Below the pieces are notes generated by a model. That model worked only from the letters and a program-made list of their open reading frames with translations, did not search any database and had not been told where the DNA came from. Position numbers and translations under genes: made by a program. DNA of 53,914 nucleotides from a virus (taxonomy: Duplodnaviria > Caudoviricetes): the IMG/VR virus record IMGVR_UViG_3300009068_000052, positions 1 to 53,914 of that record; one strand, written 5' to 3'. Positions 33,231-40,880 of the stretch are shown here, piece by piece; the first letter of the stretch is position 1; each line of letters opens with the position of its first letter.

Positions 33231-36200
33231 GTCGTTTTACCTTTTTGGGTTTGCAGTGGGCGAGGCCACCAGCCATTTTTACTTCGCCGCCTTCTTTGCG
33301 CTGGAGGCCCGTCTGTCTGACATCAGGCATTCCTTCTTTGCGGTACCACGGCAATAAATCTCCTTCGCCTGTGCTTATCTGCCGCAGCACTTCAGCGCGG
33401 ACATTTGCAGGGTTGGGCTGAATTCCTTTTTTGTTGAGAGTGTACGCAACCTGCTTCTCCAGCAAATCAAGGGCATCACCCCGTGGTGAACGCAACCCCG
33501 TCAACTCTCCGCCACCAAACCAGCGGCCAGCCTGCGCCATACCGCCGGGGATGCCAAGGTCTTGCGCAATTCCCAGCAAGCCTTGCTCACCTGCGTTGTA
33601 CTCGGTGTTGCCAAAGCCGCCTGCTTCTTTGAAGTAGGGGTGAAACCGACTGCCTTGCGTTTGCCCTGCGGCCTCATGGACATCCAGCACCACGGACTTG
33701 GCAAAGTCACCCGCCTTCTGGGTGCCGTAGGTTGGAATCTTGTAGTTGGTTGGAATGTTGGCCTTGCTCATCTCGCGCAAGTTTTGCCCGCCTTCAAGGA
33801 CGTTTTGCACACCTTGCCGATGAACTGGCATCAACGGCACGCCAATGCCAAACTTCTCCTGAAACTCAACCATCTGCCGCTCAACGTTTTCCTCTGTCAA
33901 CGGGATGCCACGGGCATTCATGTCGCGCATCAACTGTCCCACTGACATTTCGTTCATGATGGAGTTGCGTGCAGATGCCGGGGCAAGCGAGTGAATCCAT
34001 TGCTCAAACTTCTCCGCAGGCATCCCTGCTTCCATCACTGCTTGCTTCACCGGGTAGAGCGAAGCATAGAACGTCTCGCCACCCAACGGCAGGCCACGCT
34101 TGATTTGTCTCTCAATCAAGGAACGGTTTTCTGGGTCGTTGTACAACTCTTCCACATGAGAGATGTTGGCGCGGGGTGGGATGTCTCGTGGGAATGCTGT
34201 TTGTTCAACGCCGGGAAACCCTTCTAATGCGTCCTTGATGGACGAGCGGTCAAATGCCTGCAACTCAGGAGGCGGCGGATTCCACGGCTCGGTGGGGATG
34301 GACAGAAACTCGTTAGCTTTGCGCTTGCGCTCCGCCACCACCTCTGGTGTGTTCTGCAATTTTTTGGGCTTGCTGTCTGCGTAAGACGATTTCACCAATG
34401 CCCCGTACACTTTTTGCAATTCTGGTTTTTGAGTTCGCTCCCAATCCAGCTTACTCTTAGCTTGCTTTGTGGCTTTGCTCATCACCTCTGCATCACTCAG
34501 CTTTGGGTTGGCTGCGGCAATATTGTCGGCAAACTTGGCTGCTGTTGAGTCCAGTATTTTTTGGCTGTATGGAGCAACGTCTTTAGATTTTTTTGCAGCC
34601 TTTGCAGCCTTCTGCGCCTTGAGTGCTGCGCCACCAATGCCCATGTGCGGCTCTTCTGCAATCATGTCCAGCAGGCGTTGCTTGGCATCGGATACCGAGC
34701 CACCTGCGGCCATGCGAATTTCGCCACCTTTTTTGCGGCGCTGCACCGGGGTCTTGTTAAACATGATTGCCATCGGCTTGGACGCCTTGGGGTTTGCCAT
34801 GCCCTCGTAGCCATACTCACGGACGAGGCGCTCAATGTCGTTGGCGTCCTGCGCGGGGTAGGCGATGCCTTGGTTGTACTTGGCGGTGTAGGGCGTGCGG
34901 TTGGACTCGCGGGCCAGCACGTTGAAGTTCAACGGGTCTTGCGTGATGTCGTACAGGTTTGACGACTCACCACGGTAGCGGTTGACGCCAAGCCCCGGCT
35001 CCGGAAGGACTGTTCCGGGTTCGCCCATGTAGAAGTAAGAGCGGTCACGCACCGCGCCGGGGTAGTTTATCAGGCGCTCGGCCTCGGCACCCTTGATGCC
35101 CGTGCCGTACTTCCGGGGGTCAGTAAAAGTCAGACCCGGCTCGTTGCTGAAGTGAGTTAGGGGCGATTGAATAGAAGTTCCCGGCATTGGCTTGTTTGCG
35201 GCAGCAAGGTAGTCAGGAATGCCTCCAGCAAACTGGGGATTCATAAACTCAGGTGGCAGTAGCACGGCTTTGTTGGGAGCAAACTCCAACCCGGAATACG
35301 CTTGGCGCTTTAGCTCCGCAATTTTATTTACAAGGGCTTTATCACCGCGCCTGCTGGCCTCGTTTCCTAAGCGCTCGTACTCCGATATGGTTTGCTTGAG
35401 CTTGGCGTTCAGCGGGCTGTAGTTCACCACCGAATTTTGCCCACGGGTCTCAGCCGTCATAGCCATCCGCGCAAGTGGAGAGTACATCTGCTGGTGAACA
35501 GCCCATGCCATCTCTTCGCCCTTGGGGCCAAACTCGTTGCCGTAAATGGCGTGACCCAAAAGATCATGGACGGCCCGGAACTTTTCGTTCTCATTTAGGC
35601 CGCTTTGCGGATCGACGTTGTGCAAGAAGTCGTGTTTGTCGCCACCTTGATAAACGTACAAGTGCTTGTTTCCATGCACATCAGAGGCCATGTCCTTGGC
35701 CCCGTTGTAGTTGCCCTCACCAGCGCGGTGGTACGAGAAGTTGTACGGCAGTCTCTTGAATTGATCGTCAGTCTCCTTTGCCATCTGACGGTAAGCCTTC
35801 TCCATCAGGTCGTCGTAGTTCTTTGCGCCAATCCTCTCCATCAACTCAGGCATTTCCCGGCCATAAGCCCCAAAGATTGCAGACTTGTATTCGGGCGATC
35901 CTTGGACGGCTAAATCAAAAGTGCGGGCAATGCCCGACTGTTTTGCCAACGAGCTACTGGGAACCTGCGGAACTCCAAAATCTGCCCCTTGAGTGTCTCG
36001 CGTGTACTTCCTTGCAATGTTAAGCGGCTCGTTCGCAACTGGGTCAGCAATTATTCGACCCACCTCTTCTGACGATAGGAATTTCGGAACTTCGCGTCCA
36101 GCTTGTTCTGCTCCTCCTCCGTCAAGGGCGGAGCCTCGTAGCCCATCAGTTTCTTTAATTCCGCGAGTTGTTGCCTTGCTCGTGTCAAGTGCTGTTGGGC

Positions 36201-37632
36201 TGACTCGGAAGAACGGGCCTTCTTGTTTTGTTGCATAAGTAGCTCCTGTTTCTAAGGGTGTAATTTTGCTTGGGGTTAAAGCCTGTGTTGTTTTCTTTGC
36301 AGCACCAGCAGCCGCACTGCCAGCCTTAGCTCCCGCTTTGACTGCGCCATACCCTAGAGCAGCCACGCTTGCGGCGTCTAGCATGTCAAACGCATCAGGC
36401 ATCTGGCCGTAGCCAATGTCCTCGGCCACCTTGCTCAGGCCGGGTGTGCCCACAAGGTCGGACATTTTTATTGCCTCCAGTACGTCCTTGGTTGGCACGG
36501 TGGTCGTGGAGATGCCGGGTTTCTTGTACTGCATCGGCTGGCCGTACTCATAGTCCTCGGCAGGCACGTTCGAGCCAAAAGTGATGTCAGTCGGGATGGA
36601 GATGTTGGACGACTCCATCCGCTTGCGCATATCAGGGCCGACAAAGGGGACTGCACCGACTAGATTACCGACTAGGTTGGACAGCGACGGGCCTTTGTCA
36701 ATCAACTGGGTCGCGTAGTCAGCGCCGCTCTTGATTGCGCCAGCAATGGGGTTGATTTGGCGGGCACGCATCTCCGCTTCTTTCTTGGGCTGCTCGTAGC
36801 GCTCCCACGGGTACTTCGGGGTGCGACCACCACCAGCCATGTGGACAGCGCCACCACTAGCCTTGGTGATGTCAGGGTCGTTTAGGTCGTAGGTGCCACG
36901 GTTGCCGATGGCGGACTTGATTTGCGTAGCGTTGAAGGGCGCGTAAACCTCCGAGCCGTTCTCAATAGCAATTACGCCATCATGACCTAGTCGCTTCATC
37001 GCGTCGGTTGCCACTGTGGACTTTACAAGGTCAAACCCCCTTGGCATATGCTCACGTTCGTAGCCAGAGGCTTTGTATTTGATGGCCTTGGGGATGTCTT
37101 CAAGTAACTCCTCAACACCAACGCCCAAAGCCTTTGCCACAGCCGTGGCCTCATCCATATTCAGTTCGCCAGATAGGTTTTTAATAAGGCCGGTTGCGTA
37201 GAAAGGATTTTCAATTGACAAATGCACGGGCATGATGTTCACGCCTTGTGGAACATTGGGGTCTTCTTCCCAAGGTCTATGCTGGGTTTTCCAATACCTA
37301 AACTTCTGAGACGCAAAGTCGTTTGCAAACTCCGGGTCGTTTGTCATCCACCCGGCAATGTTGGTGCTGTTCTCTGTTTTTGGGTCTTCTTTTGGGTCAA
37401 ACCGTTTGACATTCTGATTTGTTGCGTGATACGCCCTGTTCTTGACCTTGCTGCCTTCCAGCATCTTGGCTAGGTTGGCTTCACGCTCTGCTGCCGGGAG
37501 GATGGCTTTGGCTCCGGTCTCTGCCGCCTTGGCTACCTTCTGAGCTTTGCCGATGGCCTTCAGCAATCCACCCCCGGCCATGTGAGGTTCGTCGGCAATC
37601 ATCTGTAGCAGGCGTGCTTTGGCGTCAGTCAT
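33208..37632 (-). CDS. Large polyvalent (multidomain) protein, putative head cargo
   Basis: 1474 aa. ART-like 'YHAT...F...QIKSAIGNRGTYD..DPDI' domain, 'FRAVHDLLGH...GEE...ETRGQNS' domain, 'THFS...DP..YGTG' domain and a glycosylase-like C-terminal domain. The main modules are separated by xxxGG linkers. Confidence 0.75.
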   Translation of the reverse strand: MTDAKARLLQMIADEPHMAGGGLLKAIGKAQKVAKAAETGAKAILPAAEREANLAKMLEGSKVKNRAYHATNQNVKRFDPKEDPKTENSTNIAGWMTNDPEFANDFASQKFRYWKTQHRPWEEDPNVPQGVNIMPVHLSIENPFYATGLIKNLSGELNMDEATAVAKALGVGVEELLEDIPKAIKYKASGYEREHMPRGFDLVKSTVATDAMKRLGHDGVIAIENGSEVYAPFNATQIKSAIGNRGTYDLNDPDITKASGGAVHMAGGGRTPKYPWERYEQPKKEAEMRARQINPIAGAIKSGADYATQLIDKGPSLSNLVGNLVGAVPFVGPDMRKRMESSNISIPTDITFGSNVPAEDYEYGQPMQYKKPGISTTTVPTKDVLEAIKMSDLVGTPGLSKVAEDIGYGQMPDAFDMLDAASVAALGYGAVKAGAKAGSAAAGAAKKTTQALTPSKITPLETGATYATKQEGPFFRVSPTALDTSKATTRGIKETDGLRGSALDGGGAEQAGREVPKFLSSEEVGRIIADPVANEPLNIARKYTRDTQGADFGVPQVPSSSLAKQSGIARTFDLAVQGSPEYKSAIFGAYGREMPELMERIGAKNYDDLMEKAYRQMAKETDDQFKRLPYNFSYHRAGEGNYNGAKDMASDVHGNKHLYVYQGGDKHDFLHNVDPQSGLNENEKFRAVHDLLGHAIYGNEFGPKGEEMAWAVHQQMYSPLARMAMTAETRGQNSVVNYSPLNAKLKQTISEYERLGNEASRRGDKALVNKIAELKRQAYSGLEFAPNKAVLLPPEFMNPQFAGGIPDYLAAANKPMPGTSIQSPLTHFSNEPGLTFTDPRKYGTGIKGAEAERLINYPGAVRDRSYFYMGEPGTVLPEPGLGVNRYRGESSNLYDITQDPLNFNVLARESNRTPYTAKYNQGIAYPAQDANDIERLVREYGYEGMANPKASKPMAIMFNKTPVQRRKKGGEIRMAAGGSVSDAKQRLLDMIAEEPHMGIGGAALKAQKAAKAAKKSKDVAPYSQKILDSTAAKFADNIAAANPKLSDAEVMSKATKQAKSKLDWERTQKPELQKVYGALVKSSYADSKPKKLQNTPEVVAERKRKANEFLSIPTEPWNPPPPELQAFDRSSIKDALEGFPGVEQTAFPRDIPPRANISHVEELYNDPENRSLIERQIKRGLPLGGETFYASLYPVKQAVMEAGMPAEKFEQWIHSLAPASARNSIMNEMSVGQLMRDMNARGIPLTEENVERQMVEFQEKFGIGVPLMPVHRQGVQNVLEGGQNLREMSKANIPTNYKIPTYGTQKAGDFAKSVVLDVHEAAGQTQGSRFHPYFKEAGGFGNTEYNAGEQGLLGIAQDLGIPGGMAQAGRWFGGGELTGLRSPRGDALDLLEKQVAYTLNKKGIQPNPANVRAEVLRQISTGEGDLLPWYRKEGMPDVRQTGLQRKEGGEVKMAGGLAHCKPKKVKRHGNTVPN

Positions 37633-37795
37633 GTCCAGCCTCTTGTGGGGAGATGCTCGGGATTACACCATAGGTGGGTGGGGTCGTTTTTTCCCCAGTA
37701 GTCTCCACCCTCTTGCAACTCCTGCACACCCACCTAACCCTACCCCCGATTAGGTCATATGACTCTACTATCCCTCCACACTTGCATATCTTCAT
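37625..37795 (-). CDS. Small zinc-ribbon protein (not in ORF track)
   Basis: Translated by hand as MKICKCGGIVESYDLIGGRVRWVCRSCKRVETTGEK...(56 aa), with CxC and CxxC. Its end overlaps the start of the 1474-aa gene. Confidence 0.6.
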   Translation of the reverse strand: MKICKCGGIVESYDLIGGRVRWVCRSCKRVETTGEKTTPPTYGVIPSISPQEAGHD

Positions 37796-37799
37796 TTAA

Positions 37800-38196
37800 T
37801 GCTCTTTGGTGAATGTTGGAGCAAAGCGCAGCCTTTACCGTGACTCATCACAGTTCCGCTACGCTTTGACGGGATGCTCTTCGGAGCCATGCCATCGCTT
37901 ACGCTGGACAGACTTGCAGACCTTTCGGCCCTACCACCGCGCTCTATCCTTAGCCCACGCTCCCTGCCTTGGCTTGCTCGTGCAGCAGGGTATCCCAAAC
38001 GCAACCACCGACGTACCGCATTGCGTCGGCCAAAAGCAAAAACCCCGCAAGATGCTCTGTGGTCTTGGCTCTTGGCGAGAGCAACAGCAAGACGATTGAA
38101 CAGATGGTCAAAAGACTCGCTTGCCGTACGACAAGACCACACAGTACCCTGCGGGGTTATTTTCATCTGTTCATCGTCTAGTTGCCACACCAGACG
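37800..38196 (-). ncRNA. Large structured RNA (C4-like multibranch domain plus further helices)
   Basis: At least eight helices, including a 27-bp stem (38041-38067/38132-38158). Non-Watson-Crick positions mostly read as G-U on the minus strand. GAAA- and CGAA-capped hairpins; promoter directly upstream. Confidence 0.6.
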
Positions 38197-38202
38197 GGCG
38201 GG

Positions 38203-38232
38203 AGTATAGCACAGGTTCGGAAGTGTTGGCAA
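38203..38232 (-). promoter_or_regulatory. Sigma70-type promoter
   Basis: TTGCCA-N18-TATACT with extended -10 TG, just downstream of the terL stop and pointing into the structured region. Confidence 0.7.
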
Positions 38233-38245
38233 GCGTTGAGTCTCC

Positions 38246-39667
38246 TTAGATTGCATATGGGTTCACACGGCGGCTCTTCTTGCCTGAGTCCTCGTAGTCG
38301 TCCTCGTCGTAGTCTTCCCGTGGCGGTGGGTCAACGTCGAGCCAGCCGCCGTCTCGTAGGTAGCGCAGGGCTTGGGTACACATATCCACGAAGTCGTCGT
38401 GGGTGGTCTCGGGGAAGCTGCATATCTGGGACACAAACGGTTCGGCCCAGTCCTTGACGTAGCCCTTGCGGGCGTCGGACTCAGGTATCCACACCCTCCC
38501 ACGGGAGATGATGTTGGACACGATGTTTAGGCGCTGCACCTTGTCGGCCTTGCCGGGGTTGTAGCCCATGACGGGCAGGTGGCCGCGCTGTAGGTCTTGA
38601 ATCAGGCTGATGCCTGCGCTCTTGTCCTCGACCAGCACGAGGTCAACACGCTTCTTGTTCTTGCCCTCGCCGTAGATTACCTCGTACTCCTCCATGACCT
38701 TGGGGCGCAGGTCGGGGTACTGGAGCCTGTCCTGCCAGCAGTCGATGAGCATGACCGACATCGGGCCGTCCAGTGGCTTGAAGATTCCCCACGTTCCAGC
38801 AGCCGTCGGGTCGTTCTGGGTCTTCTCGCTGGTAGCGCAGTCGTAGCTTTGCAGGATGTACTCGAACTTGGGGAACTCCTTGCCAGCAGGCCAGAGTTTG
38901 AACATATTGCGCTTGACGATGCCGCCTTCCTCGGGGTCGATGATTTCGGCGTGAATCTCTTGCCGCCCTAGCTTGGTGCCCTCGAATTGCAAGATTTGTT
39001 TCTGGAAGTTCTTGGACAGGTTGGCGAGGTTGGTGTAGGTGGAGGCCGTGGTCAGCACGACATCGTCTCCATCCCGCCCCACTAAGTCCACGATGAGGTC
39101 TTTTGGTCGCGGGGTCGTAGTGCAGATGATGCGCGTCCTGTCGCCCAGACGGACGGAGAACATGATTTGGTTCCACGCTTCGTCGAGGTAGTCCCAAGCG
39201 GCAAGCTCATCGCACCAAGCCCCGTGGAACTGCGGGCCACGGAAGCGCTCAGGCTCGGAGGCTGGGATGCCCTTGATGAGCGACCCGTTGGTCAATCTCA
39301 ACTCGTGCGCGGTCTTGTTGTAGTCGGCCTGTAACGCCTTGGGTATGACGGCCAGCAGCCCGGAGTCGCCCTCGAAGGCCACCGCCCGGACATCTGCCGA
39401 GGTGGGAGCGGCCACCAGCCATCGGGTGTTTGGCTCGGTGAATGCCCACCACCCTACCTGTTCGGCGGCGGTACGGGTCTTCCCGGCACCACGCCCTGCC
39501 AGAAGGAGCCAGATGCTCCACCAGTCGCCGTGGGGCAGTATTTGGTGGTCATGGGCCTGCGTGAGCCACTTCATGCGCCACGCCCATGCTATGACGTACT
39601 GAGGGCTGGCGTTGGCTAGGTCTTTCTTGACCGCCGGGTCTGCCAACAATTCAACAAGGTCATTCAT
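38246..39667 (-). CDS. terL: Terminase large subunit
   Basis: Walker A AGRGAGKT, 'RFRGPQ...AWCDE' Walker B, TTTP coupling motif, and nuclease 'QSYD.A', 'EDKSAG' and 'FP...HDD.VD'. Confidence 0.96.
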   Translation of the reverse strand: MNDLVELLADPAVKKDLANASPQYVIAWAWRMKWLTQAHDHQILPHGDWWSIWLLLAGRGAGKTRTAAEQVGWWAFTEPNTRWLVAAPTSADVRAVAFEGDSGLLAVIPKALQADYNKTAHELRLTNGSLIKGIPASEPERFRGPQFHGAWCDELAAWDYLDEAWNQIMFSVRLGDRTRIICTTTPRPKDLIVDLVGRDGDDVVLTTASTYTNLANLSKNFQKQILQFEGTKLGRQEIHAEIIDPEEGGIVKRNMFKLWPAGKEFPKFEYILQSYDCATSEKTQNDPTAAGTWGIFKPLDGPMSVMLIDCWQDRLQYPDLRPKVMEEYEVIYGEGKNKKRVDLVLVEDKSAGISLIQDLQRGHLPVMGYNPGKADKVQRLNIVSNIISRGRVWIPESDARKGYVKDWAEPFVSQICSFPETTHDDFVDMCTQALRYLRDGGWLDVDPPPREDYDEDDYEDSGKKSRRVNPYAI

Positions 39668-40268
39668 TGACGGCCAACTGGCGTTTCATCTCAATCTGCT
39701 TGACAAGTTCAGCCAGCCCCTGCTCGGCCTCGGTCTTGACTTCAATCTTCAGGGGGTTGTTGGGGTCACCACCCAACTCTAGTTTGTCACCGTACTTTTT
39801 AGGTCTGAGCTTCATGGCCGTCCACTTGCGGGCCTCAATGCGGTTCTTCTGCCAAGCGATGTAGGAGGCGCTCAGGTCAATGCTCAGAACCTCCCCGGTC
39901 TTCTTGTCAATCAACTCGTTCACCTCTGGCCGCTCATCAGCAATGTCCACTATTTCATCAGCCAGTGTGTCAGCCTGCTCTTCGCGTGCGCGTGTGTACT
40001 GCTCCAAAAAGTCAGGCTTCTGCTGCAACCACAAATAAACCACAGCCTGACTGGGCATGTCATCGTCCTTCACGATGGAGCGGAGGCTCTCTCCCTGACT
40101 AAGTCGCACACAGATGGCGTCTGCTATGGCTTGGTTGTACTTGGTTGGTGTTCCCATGATGGCTGGGACTACAGGAGCTTTTGTGGCCTTGGTGGTAGCT
40201 ACCCCTTGGCTTTGGGGCGTTTTGGGCTTGGTGGCCCGTTTGGGTGGCTTGGCGGTAGTTTCTGGCAT
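39660..40268 (-). CDS. terS: Terminase small subunit (Sf6-like)
   Basis: 'PTKY....AD.IC.RL..GESLR.I...MPS...VY.WL....F.EQY.RARE...D...DEI..IAD...RKW...KL.PKKYGDK'. Confidence 0.88.
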   Translation of the reverse strand: MPETTAKPPKRATKPKTPQSQGVATTKATKAPVVPAIMGTPTKYNQAIADAICVRLSQGESLRSIVKDDDMPSQAVVYLWLQQKPDFLEQYTRAREEQADTLADEIVDIADERPEVNELIDKKTGEVLSIDLSASYIAWQKNRIEARKWTAMKLRPKKYGDKLELGGDPNNPLKIEVKTEAEQGLAELVKQIEMKRQLAVNE

Positions 40269-40307
40269 GGTGAATCCTTATTCCTATGCGGGCCAGTGTA
40301 ACAAGTT

Positions 40308-40376
40308 GTTGGCACAGGGAGCTTCAGTAAGGTGTCTCGTGACAGAAAGCAGCCCGTCCGATTACTTTGCGCCAAC
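40308..40376 (-). ncRNA. Putative ~70-nt structured RNA upstream of terS
   Basis: Closing stem GUUGGCGCA/UGUGCCAAC (G-U on minus strand) with inner UGUC-ACGA-GACA hairpin. TGtTAGAAT extended -10 lies just upstream (40383-40391). Confidence 0.4.
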
Positions 40377-40398
40377 GAATGTATTCTAACACAAAGTT

Positions 40399-40413
40399 GC
40401 CCCTTACGGGGGC
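40399..40413 (-). terminator. GC hairpin, possible terminator ending the early arm
   Basis: GCCCC-CGTAA-GGGGC followed by AACTTTGTG (weak U-tract). Confidence 0.4.
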
Positions 40414-40509
40414 GAGTCGGTCAAATAACAGAGGGTAAGGTGCCCACTGCTTTGACTGACGCGGTTAAGAGGGGAGATTCAAAAAAAACCCTCGGTGCCC
40501 ACTCACGCC

Positions 40510-40638
40510 TTACAGCAAACTTACTATAAAGAAAAAAATGGCACCGAAACCGACGATGGCAAAGAGCATGACCATGACACCAAACACCGTATACAAGATG
40601 TCGAAAAGGTACTCGTAGTCATCTTCGTCGTCAATCAT
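40510..40638 (-). CDS. Small membrane protein (not in ORF track)
   Basis: MIDDEDDYEYLFDILYTVFGVMVMLFAIVGFGAIFFFIVSLL (42 aa), ATGA-coupled. Confidence 0.6.
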   Translation of the reverse strand: MIDDEDDYEYLFDILYTVFGVMVMLFAIVGFGAIFFFIVSLL

Positions 40639-40880
40639 CTAGTGCCCCTTGCTCTGATTGCATCAACAATCCTTTGTTTAACGTACTCAACGCCTTGGTG
40701 TTCTGTGCCAAACCCCTCATATTGCTGTAAGACGTTTTGTACGCACTCTTCACGCTCATGTGCGGCTACCAACTCGGCAAAGCGTGTAAGTTCTTCAACC
40801 CAATATCCAGTCTCAATCCGAATGCCGTCATTGTTTGATTCTGTTAGCCGAGCTTGTTTTGCAAGTTCTTTGATGTTCAT
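40635..40880 (-). CDS. Hypothetical protein
   Basis: 81 aa; 'L.RFAELVAAHERE.C...DAIRARG' is a common small phage family. Confidence 0.75.
   Translation of the reverse strand: MNIKELAKQARLTESNNDGIRIETGYWVEELTRFAELVAAHEREECVQNVLQQYEGFGTEHQGVEYVKQRIVDAIRARGTR

Noticed and set aside
35-37473. Numerous plus-strand ORFs of 60-260 aa opposite the late genes
   Set aside because: They are antisense shadows of long, RBS-bearing, tightly coupled minus-strand genes and show no recognisable motifs.
37800-38196. Group I/II intron, tRNA, tmRNA or hammerhead identity for the structured region
   Set aside because: The flanking genes are intact. I could not find group I P7, group II domain V, a T-loop GTTCRA or a CUGANGA/GAAA core. 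A covariance search is still needed.
40270-40510. tRNA genes in the terS upstream gap
   Set aside because: Hairpins are present, but there is no cloverleaf with D and T loop consensus.
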